Source of the DNA: Mobula hypostoma
Taxonomy: Eukaryota
Direction of reading: 5' to 3'
Assembly (NCBI RefSeq): GCF_963921235.1
Contig: NC_086097.1
Location: 86,740,001 to 86,804,000, forward strand
Length of the DNA: 64,000 bases
The translations under genes were made by a program, and so were the position numbers. Below, one piece after another: positions 1 to 15,449 of the stretch (within the stretch, counting starts at the first letter, position 1; each line of letters opens with the position of its first letter). The notes beneath the pieces were generated by a model, which was not told the DNA's origin, made no database searches, and saw only the letters and a program-made list of their open reading frames with translations.

Positions 1-273
1 GTTATTATAATAAAGAAATATTGAATTTTTCTAAATTGAATTTTGGAAAATTACCTCAAAATATACACAAGATTTCTTAAAATGTAGTGCAGTTCAATGG
101 AATCAAATTAACTAGTCTCCTTACACACAAACCTTTCTCTAAGATAGATTTTAAACTGTTCTTGCTAGCTTTTACATGCCTGTTAATTTGATAGGAAAAG
201 ACAATTCAACACCTGGAGCTTGTCAGCAATTTAATATACAAGATATGCACAGGTGCAAAGAGGAACTCGATTC

Positions 274-1090
274 CAAGATTCAAAGTTCAAATGTATTTAT
301 CACATGTACATCAAAACGTACAATAAAATGCATTGTTTGTGTTAACTGACACACACCTGAGGGTGTGCTGGTGGCAACCTGCTAGTGTCGCCACACATCT
401 GGCACCAATGTAGCATGGCCACATGCTCGGCAAAACGTTAGAAAATAGAACACAATAAGTAACGAAACAATAATAACAAAACAGGCCCTATTCCCTCCCA
501 CACTTGCACGTACACGGTCCTCCAACCCCAGGACAGGCTATCTTCAGCCTCCAGTCTCCAGTGGACTTGTCCCACCGGGCCTGGTTGGTTAACAAATTGC
601 CCGAGATGTGGTGGTTAATGAAATTCTGCGTTGCAGAGATTGGGCCTGTGGCTTTCCCTAGCCAACTCACAGGGAGGTTCACAGATTCAGGCCTTGGCCA
701 ACAGGTCTTGACTTTCGGACTTCTGATTTGACCCTCAGGCCTCGATCCTTGGCATTGGCCCCAGAACCAGCCAGTCACCAAACACTAGGCCTCAAAATCC
801 AGACTCACCAATGATGGAGCCCTCTACATTAGGTCTTTTACTCAGGTCTCACCGATTTGCGAACCCAGAGGATCACTGGAACTCATTCCTCCTGCACACA
901 TGGATACCTGACTCCAGAACCCGCTGACAACACGCTAACCTGGGAGAGCCACCAGCCATCATCCACAGTCGTCTGCCGGCCTGATATCTGACCACTGTTA
1001 TCCACGTCCACGTTGCTGGCACATATCATCAGATAAGCAGCATAAATTAAAATAAATTATATACAATTTTTACAAGAAATAATACAATTG
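274..1090 (-). mobile_element. Decayed non-LTR retroposon(s) with TTTGAA-type 3' tail
   Basis: Minus strand ends ATAAATACATTTGAACTTTGAATCTTG (274-300), the same tail type as other LINE-like elements here. Body is GC-richer than the flanks; family unresolved. Confidence 0.4.
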
Positions 1091-2169
1091 GAACCAAAAA
1101 AAAATTGGAACCTTGGTTCTGCAATTTTTAATACCTTTGGCAAACATAATGATCAAAATGTCAGCCTATCTAGATAGAACAGCTTTTGGAAGAGAATTCT
1201 AGTCCAGGTCTAATTTTCAATAATTAAGGCACTTTCGCCCAGTTTTGCAGAGGCTTGATATCTGCGCTCACTGGTTACGTACATTAATGCCGCACACTTT
1301 ACCTTTCCATTTTGTTCTTTGGCTTATAGTGATATCTGCAACTATATCCCTTTGATCTATCATATTTCATTTATGACCATTTCAAATATACTTTGAACTT
1401 TAAAATAAATGGTCTCTTAAATTCCAATGCAGAACTTTACGTCCCATATTTTTGTATACGTAACCAATCAGTTCTTTTGTTGCCATTACCACTCCTTTTC
1501 TACCATTTAAGTAGCTTGCATCCAATGGCAATGCGGCTTCCAGTTTTATACACATTTCTGAAGTCTGTAGAATTTTTATCACATTCCCTGATTTCCATGT
1601 CAGTAACATTTGTTGATGTAATCAGTATGAGCTGAAGGTTGGAATGTAGGTTATGGGAAGAAAAAAGATGCTATTAATTTGAGAGAGGGTAGTGGATTCA
1701 TATTTTATGGCGCCTCTGCTATTATGCTTGGGACAGCTGTGCAGCAGAGGATGACAGCCTTAACTCTTCACATGAATAAATTCCAAAGCCATGTTGCAGG
1801 ACTCTGACCATGGATGGCAGTAATCTGAGCTCCCAGGCAACATTCATGTGGCATGTCTGATGCAACATTGTGCAACTTCTAATCAACGTCTTAGTAGTTT
1901 AGAATAGGCGGATGTTATTTCCATTGTATTTAAAATAAACATTAACGAGTATGGTTAAGGAGACAGAGATGTGATAAGATGATGATATATACTACAAAGT
2001 GGAAGAAATTATGGGATAAGAACTAAATAGGATACAAGAAGTATGGTTAGAAATGAAAATTGGTTTAAGATGCCGCTACTGAAGATGTGCGGCAGCTTAC
2101 TGGTAGTTCAAAAGCAAAGGAATTAGATTTAAAAATTACTAAAACACTTTTCAAAAAAAAAATTGTAGT

Positions 2170-2826
2170 ATTCTATCACAGCAAACAATGAAGAGGTGAG
2201 CGAAGGCAAAGCAAGTTCACGCAATGTGCCCTGCTGGTGCGCTGCAAGATCGACACACTTGGAGTTGGAGCTATGCTGGTTGGAGTGGATGATTCGGAGG
2301 GGAGATGACAGGACAGAGGAGTTCCGATGCCCGTCTAGCTGACCTAGGTGTGAGCCTGCTGTAAGTGCTGAGCTAATTTGGAGAGGTTGAGAATGGCTTC
2401 TTTGGCGTTGAAATCCAGGTCCGAAGCAAATTACTGGGCAGCGTGTTTTAGGCCTGGAGCGATTTGCTGCAGTGAGTCCTGGCTCCTAATGCGACGTACA
2501 GTCTGTTGTTTGGACAATCTAAATGCCAGATCATATAGACTAGAAGGGCAGGGTGTCAAGAGTTGGGCAAGGTTGGGTCTGTCTGGGTACTGAGCTGATA
2601 TGGACAGGTCGAGAATAGTTTGTTCGACAGTGAAATTCAGGCCTGGAGCAACTTGCCGACACGGGACCTGGCTCTTAGTGTGAGGTGTAAGCAAATGTTC
2701 GGACAATTTAAACGCTGGCCAGGTAGACTGGTGGATCCTCTCTCCAGGGCACTAACCCTGTGACACTACCCCTAATTTATGCGTTCTTTGATAATAAATA
2801 TACTTTGAACTTGAACTTTAAACTTG
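2170..2826 (+). mobile_element. Decayed non-autonomous retroposon with (TTGAAC)n tail
   Basis: GC-richer block with short internal repeats, ending AATAAATATACTTTGAACTTGAACTTTAAACTT. Confidence 0.4.
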
Positions 2827-4151
2827 TGTCTCTAAAATTCTGAATATTCATGAATGCTACTTATTTGACCTGTCAACTGTATGATTTTTTTATTCAGCTG
2901 ATTCTTCCATTTGAAATAGTATGCTCCACCTTCTCTATTAATTCCATTTATCCTTTACAAATTTCATTCAGTTAATTTGCCAATATTATTTACTGCGCTG
3001 GAGTATGCTTTTTGAAAATGAGGGGACTTAACAGGATGGACTTGGTTTGGATAGTTCCCGTGTAGACAATCTCCACGTGATAAGTGGTTGGCGATTTAAG
3101 ACTCAGATGAAAAATGTTTTCTTAGATCATTGAGACTATTTGAAATTCTCTGTCCCAGAAATCTTTGGATAGTGATTCATGCAGTGATTTATTGAAGTCA
3201 AGTTATGCTTTTGGATTATAGGGTGACAGTGAATAGAAAGGCAAATGGAGTTGAAACCAAAGATCAAATCTTAATTTTATTGGATGGCAGTGCAGGCTCA
3301 TGTATATGTACAGAGCATTCCTAATGTTTCATCTGCTCTTCATTAAGTTTTGAATCAAGTTAATGATATATGATCTCTAAGAATTATCACAGAAACCTCA
3401 GTACAGCTTGGTCCAGATAGCTACAATGGTGTAAACTGAAGTTTTCTAACTCATTAATTTATCGTGAATTCCCATTTGTTTTATTTTTGTTAAAACTTCC
3501 TGTTGCTAAATTTTCTATGTTCACTTCTAAAGTCAAGCATTTATTGATTTAGCTTGTACCTTGACATTTCTTGAGAATTCATCGGTGGTTTTCCAGGCAC
3601 AATGGATCTCAAAATACTTCTCCGGTTCTTTTGCTGCTTTGTGTAGCTAAATCTGTTTACTTTAAAAGCTTCGTTTTTTTCTAAATATAATATTCTGCTT
3701 TAGATTTGTAACCAGTATATTAAATGATGTACAATTTAGATAAAATATTATCTAAAATCTGTAAAATAATTGATTTCCTGTGCAATGTTTAGAGCTGTTA
3801 GTACTTAGTCATTTTCCTGTCTGTGTCCTTCAATTGTAATATGTTCTTTGCTTCCTTAATTTATTTCCAAGTTTTATTATAATTGTGGAAGTCTATTATT
3901 TAAAGTTTCACATTTTTTTCCTTCCAGCCATTTTGCAGAAACCTCTTCAAAAGCACATTGCTTTGGTCATAACTTTCCAAATAATGCACATGACACAAAT
4001 GAATAATTTTTGTTCTATGGAAATGTTGACTTAATGACTTATTTATTTTTAGCTTTTAGAGTGACATCTTGTTCATAATAACATATTCAGTTATAAAGTG
4101 CAAGTTCTGAATAATATTGTCATTTTAATTATTTCAATCGTTTATTATCAG

Positions 4152-4191
4152 GCTGCATCTCCTCATCCTGGAACAGCAGCAGATATAAAAG
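4152..4191 (+). CDS. PCNX1: Pecanex-like protein 1, internal exon A (40 nt; AASPHPGTAADIK-G)
   Basis: ttatcag|GCT...AAAG|gtatga. Ends in phase 1, matching the next exon. Resembles the recalled human PCNX1 segment GTAATIKG. Confidence 0.8.
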
Positions 4192-4874
4192 GTATGAGAT
4201 TTTCAGCTGAATGAATTACAGTTTATTTAGTCTCTTTTGTCATAATGAGTATCCCCAAATTAGCTTCCTAACTACATTGTCTTTTTGATAATTAATTTAT
4301 TGCTGCTCTATGAATAAAAAATGTAAAGATCAGCTTTTTGGATCTTTGCTTCAGGTTTAGGAGTCACTCAAAACCCTGTTTTTTAAGCTGTTATTTGAAA
4401 ATAAAAGCATACTGTGTATTAAATGCTTCAATATATTATGATATGCAATATATGGAAAATGCTGTGGGCAGATAGTAACTGAAAGGCAGTATTAGCGGTG
4501 AATTGGTGCTCTGTTCTTTTTATATTTAGCAACAAGTTAGACATGCATGCATGTGATAAGATCCCTGTGGACATTTCAACTTCAATTGTATTTTCAATGC
4601 AAGTTTTTACGAAATATCATTTGTTATCTTTAATCAAATGTAAGGATTTTACATTCTTTTGATAACTCTTTGGTTTATCATGTTGTTAATAAAATGACAT
4701 CTATTAAATGCTATAAAACAAAGTAACTCGTGCATTACCGAAACAAAAGTTAAATCATTGGTTTCAATTAATGGATAGTTTTAGGCTATAGTACTTAAAT
4801 CCCTGTTCTTGTCCAGTTGTTCAGCAGCGTGTATCATCTACAAAATGCACTGCTATTTCAGGGTTCAGAACCAG

Positions 4875-7152
4875 TAAGAGAGGATGTGCTGGAGCTGTTG
4901 GAAGGTATTAAGTTGGATAAGTCGTCGGCTCTGGATGAGATGTACCCCAGGCTACTGTGGGAGGCGAGGGAGGAGATTGCTGAGCCTCTGGCAATGATCT
5001 TTGCATCATCAATGAGGATGGGAAAGGTTCTGGAGGATTGGAGGGTTGCGAATGTTGTTCCTTTATTCAAGAAAGGGAGTAGAGATAGCCCAGGAAATTA
5101 TGGACCAGTGAGTCTCACTTCAGTGATTGGTAAGTTGATGGAGAAGATCCTGAGAGGCAGGATTTATGAATATTTGGAGAGGTATAATATGGATAGGAAT
5201 AGTTAGCATGGCTTTGTCAAGGGCAGGTCGTGCCTTACGAGCCTGATTGAATTTGTTGAGGATGTGACTAAACACCTTGATGAAGGAAGAGCAGTAGATG
5301 TAGATGGATTTCAGCAAGGCATTTGATAAGGTACCCCATGCAAGGCCTATTGAGAAAGTAAGGATTAGATTATGAGAACACTCAGTCCTCTTTTATTGTC
5401 ATTTAGAAATGCATACATGCATTATGAAATGATACAATGTTTCTCCGGAGTGATATCACAGAAAACAGGACAAACCAAAGACTAACACTGACAGAACCAC
5501 ATAATTATAACATATAGTTACAGCAGTGCAAAGCAATACCATAATTTGATGAAGAACAAACCATGGGCACAGTAAATGAAGTCTCAAAAGTCCCCGAGTC
5601 AATCGACTCCTGAGTCCCTGATAGGCGGCAAAAGGGAGAAACTCCCTGCCATAAACCTCCAGGCACCGTCAACTTGCCGATGCCTTGGCAGTAGCCGACC
5701 ACAGCCGACACTGAGTCCATCCGTCCGAAAACTTCAAGCTTCCGACCAGCCTCTCCGATACAGCCTCCAGAGCGCCATCCTCTGCCGAGCGCCTTCGACC
5801 TCACCCGGCTGCTGAAGCACGCAAAGCCGAGGATTTCGGGGCCTTCTGCTCCGGAGATTCCGGTTACCACACATTAGCAGCGGCAGCGAAGCGGGCATTT
5901 CAGAAGTTTTCCAGATGTTCCTCCGTACTCTCATGTCTATCTCCATCAAATCAGAATTGTGCACGGTCCCCTACTTGACAGATAACAGACATCACCACTG
6001 AAGTGGCCGCGCGCGCTGCCGTCACGCCGCCATCTTCTCCATGGAGGCATGGGATCCAAGGGAACATTGCTTTGTGAATCCAGAATTGGCTTGCCCACAG
6101 AAGGCAAAGAGTGGTTGTAGACAGGTCATATTCTGTGTGGAGGTCGGTGACGTGGTTTGCCTCAGGGATCTGTTCTGGGACCCTTACTCTTCGTGATTTT
6201 TATAAATGACCTGGATGAGGAAGTGGAGGGATGGGTTAGTAAGTTTCCTGATGACACAAAGGTTGGAGGTGTTGTGGATAGTGTGAAGGGCTGTCAGAAG
6301 TTACAGCGGGACATTGTTAGGATGCAAAAATGGGCTGAGAAGTGTCAGATGGAGTTCAACCCAGATAAGTATGAAGTGGTTCATTTTGGTAGGTCAAATA
6401 TGATGGCAGAATATAATATTAATGGTAAGGCTATTGGCAGTGTGGAGGATCAGAGGGATCTTGGGGTCTGAGTCCATAGGACGCTCAAAGCAGCTGCGCA
6501 GGTTGACTCTGTGGTTAAGAAGGCATACAGTGTATTGGCCTTCATCAATCGTGGAATTGAATTTAGGAACCGAGAGGTAATGTTGCAGCTATATAGGACC
6601 CTGGTCAGACCCCACTTGGAGTACTGTGCTCAGTTCTGGTTGCCTCACTAAAGGAAGGATGTGGAAGCCATAGAAAGGGTGCAGAGGAGATTTACAAGGA
6701 TGTTGCCTGGATTGGGGGAGCATGCCTTATGAAAACAGGTTGAGTGAACTCGGCCTTTTCTCCTTGGAGCGAGGGAGGATGAGGGGTGACCTGATAGAGG
6801 TGTATAAGATGATGAGAGGCATTGATTGTGTGGATAGTCAGAGGCTTTTTCCCAGGGCTGAAATGGTTGCCACAAGAGGACACAGATTTAAGGTGCTGGG
6901 GAGTAAGTACAGAGGAGATATCAGGGGTAAGTGTTTTACGCAGAGTTTGGTGAGTGCGTGGAATGGGCTGCTGGCAACAGTGGTGGAGGCGGATACAATA
7001 GGGTCCTTTAAGAGACTTTTGGATAGGTACATGGAGCTTAGAAAAATAGAGGACTATGGGTAAGCCTAGTAATTTCTAAGGTAGGGACATGTTCGGCACA
7101 GCTTTGTGGGCCGAAGAGCCTGTATTGTGCTGTAGGTTTTCTGTGTTTCTAT
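4875..7152 (+). mobile_element. 5'-truncated CR1-clade LINE (ORF2 RT and 3' UTR), interrupted at 5365-6042
   Basis: Fragments EDWRVANVVPLFKKG..PGNYGPVSLTSV, PQGSVLGPLLFVIFINDLD..VSKFPDDTK and RMRGDLIEVYKMMRG, with stops and frameshifts. CR1-type 3' end. Confidence 0.93.
5365..6040 (-). mobile_element. Non-autonomous ~680-bp retroposon (YY1-motif head, (TCTAA)n tail), copy 1
   Basis: Splits the CR1 sequence GTAAGGA/GGCATGGG. Minus strand begins GGAGAAGATGGCGGCG and ends AATAAAAGAGGACTGAGTGTTCTCATAATCTAAT. Homologous to 40699-41329 and 15792-15946. Confidence 0.85.
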
Positions 7153-7631
7153 CTACAAACGTGTATATATTTTCAAGTCAGAATGGTGTACAATAGAGAG
7201 AAGTCTGAAGGTGGTGTTCATTTGCACATTACTTGCCCTTCTTGGCGGTAGGTATCATGGACAGATGCAATTGGAGTAGCCCAAGTAAGTAACTACTTGT
7301 ATTTAGTCAGATGGCCCAGCTGTAGTTTAAATTGTTGTTATTGCTACTTCAGTGGAATATCAACATGAACAACTTGTCATTGTTTTGTGATGGAACAGCA
7401 CCTAAATCCAGAATTATCCTTGCTCTCTTTACTTGGAATCAACACTAAAAAGTAGCCATCAATATAATTGCATGGCTGTTTTTCAACAGGACAGGCTGAG
7501 TATTTTGTAGTAATCAGCACTTAAAATAAATTCTTGCAGAGTGGTCACTCCAGATCAGAATATGTTTACAGTGGAGTGCACACATTTAATCATGGATGAT
7601 TGATTTTTTTTCCCATTTATGTCCACTGTAG

Positions 7632-7721
7632 GAGATGAAGAAACAGGAAAAACTTCTGATGATATTAGTTTGAGTCTGGGCCAGAGCAGCAGTTTGTATA
7701 AAGATGCAAATGAAGAACAAG
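7632..7721 (+). CDS. PCNX1: PCNX1 internal exon B (90 nt; [31 protein letters not shown])
   Basis: ctgtag|GAGAT...CAAG|gtgagc, phase 1-1. [16 protein letters not shown] is recognisable PCNX1 sequence. Confidence 0.93.
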
Positions 7722-8034
7722 GTGAGCTTGGCCTGCAGGAATTTGACATTTCCTTACCAGAACAAACACTCTGGCTACCTACACCATCTATTACATTTGC
7801 ATGTGGTGTATTCTTGCCCATTTCCTTTACCCGCTTATTTCCTCTGAAGCCTTTCTGCATCCCGCTTACAGACCACATGCCACCTAACATTGTATCATCA
7901 ACAAACTTGGATATATTCCATTTGATTCCCTTAATCATTGATAGATTGTGAACACCAGAGTCTGTCTCACCAATCTCAGCAGTATCTCATTCGTTACAGA
8001 CTCACGAATTGAAAATGGGCCATTTACTCCTGCT

Positions 8035-8100
8035 AACATATAGAAAATGCTGGCGGGACTCAGCAGGTCAGGCAGCATCTATGGAAATGAATAAACAGTA
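8035..8100 (-). mobile_element. Penelope-like terminal (pLTR) fragment
   Basis: aaaatgctggcgggactcagcaggtcaggcagcatctatggaaatgaataaacag matches the ends of the PLE copies at 14715 and 57575. Confidence 0.65.
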
Positions 8101-8194
8101 GTGCATTCCTGCTGCTTTCTGTCTATTATCCATTCTTCAACCACGCATAGTATATTGCCCATAAACCCAATCGCTCCCCCCAGAATTTCCATCT

Positions 8195-8274
8195 AGTAAA
8201 ATTCCAGTAATCTGTCATCGTTGGAACTTTGGTGGATCCCCACTACTAGATTCTCCAGATTATTGGATCTTACT
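8195..8274. mobile_element. Short MITE-like inverted repeat (Tigger-like termini)
   Basis: Imperfect ~20-bp TIRs AGTAAAATTCCAGTAATCTG ... CAGATTATTGGATCTTACT. Confidence 0.5.
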
Positions 8275-8479
8275 CCTTTTAATAACCTAATTTACATTTA
8301 GTTCACTTTTTTTTAAATGTTGCAGTGCAATAAAAGAATTCCAGTGAGTCTGGGGAAATTAAAGGAAACATGGGGAATAAAAGCCAGTAAATTTAAAGAG
8401 AGCATGGGAAGTAGGGCCCTGTTGACTCAAATCATTGCCTCAGTGAGTTTATAAGGAGTACCTGATGTAGAGTCCTGGT

Positions 8480-8730
8480 AAGTATAGACTACTTTCTAAA
8501 TGGGGAGAAAATTCTAAAATCAGTGGTGCAAAGGAACTTGCTAGGCCTCATGCAGGATTCCCTAATGGTTAACTTGCAGATTGAGTCAGTAGTGAGAAAG
8601 GCAAATGCAACGTTAGCGTTCATTTCGAGAGGACTGGAATATAAAAGCAAGGATGTAATGCTGAGGCTTTACAAAGCACTGGTCACACTCATCTTGGAGT
8701 ATTGTGAGCAGTTTTGGGCTGCTTATTGGA
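8480..8730 (+). mobile_element. CR1 ORF2 fragment
   Basis: VVRKANATLAFISRGLEYKSKDVMLRLYKALV..LEYCEQFW. Confidence 0.85.
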
Positions 8731-9776
8731 TGACCATAAGACATGGGAACAGAATCCACTAAATTTGTCAGGAGCATGAAACTGGCGCCTGTTGAGTTTA
8801 AAGCGAGTGTGAAACCTGGCCCTACAGAATTTTAAGGAGCCTTTAATGGGGCATTGGTGAATTTCTAAAGAGCATGAGAACAAAGCCCACTGAGTTTCAA
8901 GGCAGCATGGAGTAAGATGCAAATCATCAGGATTTCCAAGGAATTGAGTAATTGATGATCAAAGATTTACTATGTTTCTTGAATGATCACTACTAATGCC
9001 TTGACAACCTGTTCAGCTATCTCTTTCAGAACCCTGGGATGTAATCAATCTGGTCCAAGTGACTTATCTACCTTCAGACCTAACACTTAGTAATAGCGAC
9101 TGCTCTCATTCCTGCCCCCGACACTCAAATTTCTGGCATACTTCAGTGTCTTCCACACTGAAGATTGACACAAAATATTTACTATGTTCATCTACCATAT
9201 CTTTGTCCCCCATTATTACCTCTCCTGTGTCATTCTTGAGCAGTCTGATATGCTTGCCTATCTTTTACTCTTTGTATATCTGAAAAAATGTTTTAAAAAT
9301 CATTGTCCTCATTTTTAATTACCTCATGACTTCATTTGTCATCACCTCAGCCCTCTTTGGCCATTATTGTTGATTTGAGTTTAGTCTTTTGTGCTAGTCC
9401 ATTTTTGCTGTAGCCAGCCTTCTATGTTTTCCTGCTGCTGCTGAGCTAACAAATTTTACGACACATGCCAGTGATAATAAATCTGTTTCTGATTCTGATT
9501 CTTTGCACCTTGCTTTAAATGAACTTCTTATTCTGTACTATTATTTCTATTCATCTTTAATTCCTTCTCGCATTTCCATGAAGTGGCTGGAAAATATGTT
9601 TCTGTGTTCAAGATTCAGGTCTGAAATATCTTTTTAATGATCTTCACGTTAATCTGACAAATTGGTTTTTGGAATAGGGAAAGTATGATAAGGCAGTTAC
9701 ATTTTGACTGTTCCTGATGATTAAAAAAAATCTATTTCCAACAGTTTGTCGACAATTTACTCTGAGTGAGTATTAA

Positions 9777-11585
<1,809 letters not shown>

Positions 11586-14500
11586 TAGATACACTCCCAT
11601 ATACACACTAATACACAAATCTTTGACATAAATTTATCAGTGTGGATCTACTTCTAGCTTTGTTTTGTGGGGTGCTTGTTAACTAATACAATTATTTTGA
11701 AGTACTGGAGAATTACGTGGAATGGTTTCAGGTGTGCTTCTAAGTGTACTGTATACTTATTTGTTGGTGATTCTGGCTCTATATTGCATAAGCGTGGGTT
11801 TAATAATAATTAGCTGTAGAGCAGCTGGAATATACTTATAGCAGCCAGTTATGGAAAGAAGATTAATAAGTAGAAGTGATTATCTGGTGTTGTACATTAA
11901 ATTGATTTTTAAAAGATCTTACAATTACAAGCACAGATTACTATAATGGCAACAATGTTCTTCAAGAAACAATACAAAAGAAAATGCAAACTGTCGTTGT
12001 TTCACAGAATAACTTTGCAGATTTAATAATGAATAAATAAACAATGCAATTCAATACCATATTATATTAAAAGCAACATATATTTGGATGAGTACATGGA
12101 TAAGAGGTGTTTAGGGGGAGATCAACCAAACACAGGCAAATGACACTAGCTTAGCAGCAGCACCATGTTTAACGTGGAAAGGTTGGCTGAAGAGCCTGTT
12201 TCCATGCTTATTACCCTGACTCTATAGCTACAAATACTGTGCAAAGGGCACCCTTTGCAAAATGCTAGTTGCAGTGTATCAATCTTAATCCAGTTGAGGT
12301 ACCGATGATTTAACAGACATATTGCACGTTTATCCAGATAATATTGCATTTTACTCTTTTCAAGTGTACTTATCAAGTTTATTAAAATTTTCTTTTTGCT
12401 TAGAATAAGTAGTAAATGCTAGCTGACTACTAACTAAATGGAGTAAATTTCACAAAGAACTGAGAAGTTAGTCCGAATTACTTGGCAGATATTCGTATTT
12501 GAGCATGATAGAGCAATTGCCTATTAGCTGATTGCTGTTTTGTGAGAGTTTTTTGTCAGAAAGTTGGCTCTCATTTTTTTGTACATTATAGCATCATTTT
12601 CAAAAATATTTGATTTGCTTAAAGTGCTTTGGCACAACTACAGGATATTGAAGACGTCAAATAAATCTAATTCCTTTTTAAATAAGTCAGTTAATTGGAT
12701 AATATTTTTGATATATGATTAACAGAATTTGCCTTTATTTCTCGATGTGTGATCCTTTATTTTTGAAAGGAAGTGAAAATAACTTGAGTGTGCCTTCATT
12801 TTAGCTTGGCATATTTCTTTGCAGCCAAGTAATTTTAAACCGACCTCCTTACGGAGCTCAGCCATAACTTAATCAAGAAATAATTAGAAAGTCCAATAGC
12901 CATAACGATTCTAAATTATACAAGGCCTGTGGTTTCATTCCAGAAATTAGGTTTGCATTTTTAAAACTTAAGTGCAGCTTGAGTCCATTTCTCTTATTCT
13001 ATATTTTTTGACAGTTTGATTCTAGTACAACTGGTTTTTCTGTTTGATCCCTTAAAATGATTGCACTGTAGTTCCCAAAGGCTACGAATATCCAAATCAA
13101 AGAAAGACAATTTATGTCCAGTTTTGATTTGATTCTCTTCACTTTGATTAGCAAATGTCTTATGTGAAACATTGGTATTGTGCTTAGTGGAAATGTAAGT
13201 ACGGTGAAATGGAATCTACCTGAGTTACTTTGGCTTTTCCAAATAATCTTTTTAAATCCTCTCTAAGCTGACTGCATTTTTCATTTAAAAATGCTCTTTT
13301 GGAGACCATTTTTTAAAAATTGTGTGTTTAAACCATATCCTTAGTCACCACAGACTGCACAAGGTACATGATCACTGGTAGGTAGGCTTTGCCAAATGCC
13401 AAACTGACCTACCTGAAAATAGGTTACTACCTGTTAATAAAGTTACTTTTGGACTGTTTGTAGTTTCTCTTTTATTCACCCTATCAATACATTTGTAAAA
13501 AATTCCCCTTTTCTGGAGATGTAGTAGTATGCCTCTAAGGCCTTGCTTTGCCTCACTGAATACCTACTGGTTTTTGTTTCTTGCAACTATCTGGTAAATA
13601 TTGATGAGAGGGACTGGGAGAAGCAAGACTGGTGTTGCGAGCCAAACCCAGCTTCATATTACTAGTCTTGTTAAATTGGATTGTGGGTATTTACTTTTTT
13701 GGAATGTTTTCAAACTTGATTACTCTCATTCCCATCCCCAGATCTTGATAGCCTTGTCTGTGAATATAGTTTGCTCTTTTTCTAGTTTGTTAAAATGAAA
13801 ATAATAAACTAGGCAGTAATGTGAAGACCAGATGTTAAACTTGTATGTCAATATAAAAGAAAAATAAGGTAGACACTGAAGCTTTATATATATAGTTATA
13901 ATGTGTGTTGTATGACACACTTGTCATTAGCATACAGAAATGTCAAGTCCTGGTATTTCATGCCTTGTGTGTTATGCTTGAAAAGTATATACTTTCACCA
14001 TTTCCAACTCAGAAAGAAATGCAGTTCTGTTGTTGAATGTTTTAAAGACTTATCATGATTTAACAACTTTGCAAAACTACCATCGAAATGTTGAGCACAC
14101 TCAAGTTGAAGGGGGAATGAAAATGAAAACTTGATTTTTTAAAATTCTTTCTGATTGTTATACATTGCATTTATAAACTGCTTGTAGCATCATAGAATGT
14201 TTCAAGACTTTTCACAGTAGTGTTATCAGACAAAATTAATTACTGACCCTTAAGTATTGTAGAAAAATTGCTTTTTGCTTTTGTGATTTTGAGCAGTGCA
14301 CTAAATGAAGCGGAAGAAAGAATGTTGTTTTGCTGTTTTCCTAAATGCTTTATTGAACAGACGTCTTCTGATTTGTTTATAGCAGATTAAAAAACTTGTT
14401 TTGCAAGAACATTTTACATTTGAGTTTTTCATTTGCCAAAAACTAGAGGAATTCTTATTTCATTTTTCTCATGTTGATTTTGTAATAGTTATACTAACTT

Positions 14501-14714
14501 TGCACTTCTGTACATACTGTTTTATAGAAGTAGTTATTAATAATTTTCATTGCATAGAAAGTTTACAGTTTTTCTTGAAAGTATACACCATACTGATGTA
14601 TATATGTATGTTTGCATCTATTTATTACCTGTTGCAGATCAACCTTTTATATAGTCTATTATAAAAACACTAATTAATTGAGTTAGATTATTAAAATAGA
14701 TAAATGTGAAAAAT

Positions 14715-15360
14715 TCAACAGATACTGGAAATCCAAAGCAACACACACAACATACTGAAGGAACTCAGCAGGTCAGGCAGCATCTGTGGAAATGAATATA
14801 CAGTCGATGTTTTGGGCTGAGACCCTTCTTCAGGACTGGAAAGGAGGGGAAGACGCCAGAATAAAAAGGTCGGGGGAAGAGGACGGATGATAGCTAGAAG
14901 TTGATAGGTTAAGCCAAGTGAGTAGGACATGCAGTGGGCTGGAGATGAAAGGATAGGAGAGGGGAATGGATCATAGGAGAAAGAGAAGGAGGAGGGGACC
15001 TAGAGGAAGGGGATAGGCAGATGAGAAGAGGTCAGGGATCAGAGTGGGAAATAGAAGAAGAGAGGAGGGGGATGGAATTTCTTTTTACCGAAATCCATAT
15101 TCATGCTATCAGGTTAGAGGCTACCCAGAAGGAATATAAGGTGCTGTTCATTGTGGCACAAGAAGAGGCTATAGACTGACATGTCAGAAAATGAATATGT
15201 AGGTATCAGAATTAAAATGTTTGGCTATTGGGAAGTTCCACTTTTGCCAAATGGAACAAAGTACTCAACGAAGCAGTCCCCCAATTTGCAACTATTGTAG
15301 AGGAGGCCGCATCAGAAGCACTGGACGCAATAAACGATTCAAGCAGATTCACAGAGATGT
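14715..15360 (-). mobile_element. Decayed Penelope-like element 3' part (GIY-YIG relic, purine-rich UTR, mutated hammerhead at 14801-14837)
   Basis: Collinear with the left arm of 49031-50052 (aggttagaggctacccagaaggaatataaggtg...). Minus strand CAGTCCTGAAGAAGGGTCTCAGCCCAAAACATCGACTG has lost core G12. Confidence 0.8.
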
Positions 15361-15449
15361 GCTGGGAGGGATTAATGGACAAAGGAATCATGGAGGGAGA
15401 AATCATACAGCAGGGGTTTGGGGGAAGGTAAAGATATTTGCTATGAGGT

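Noticed and set aside
13188..13194. 7-nt microexon TGGAAAT between cttag and gtaagt
   Set aside because: Frameshifting, with a weak pyrimidine tract; the donor is noted under the 13072 candidate instead.
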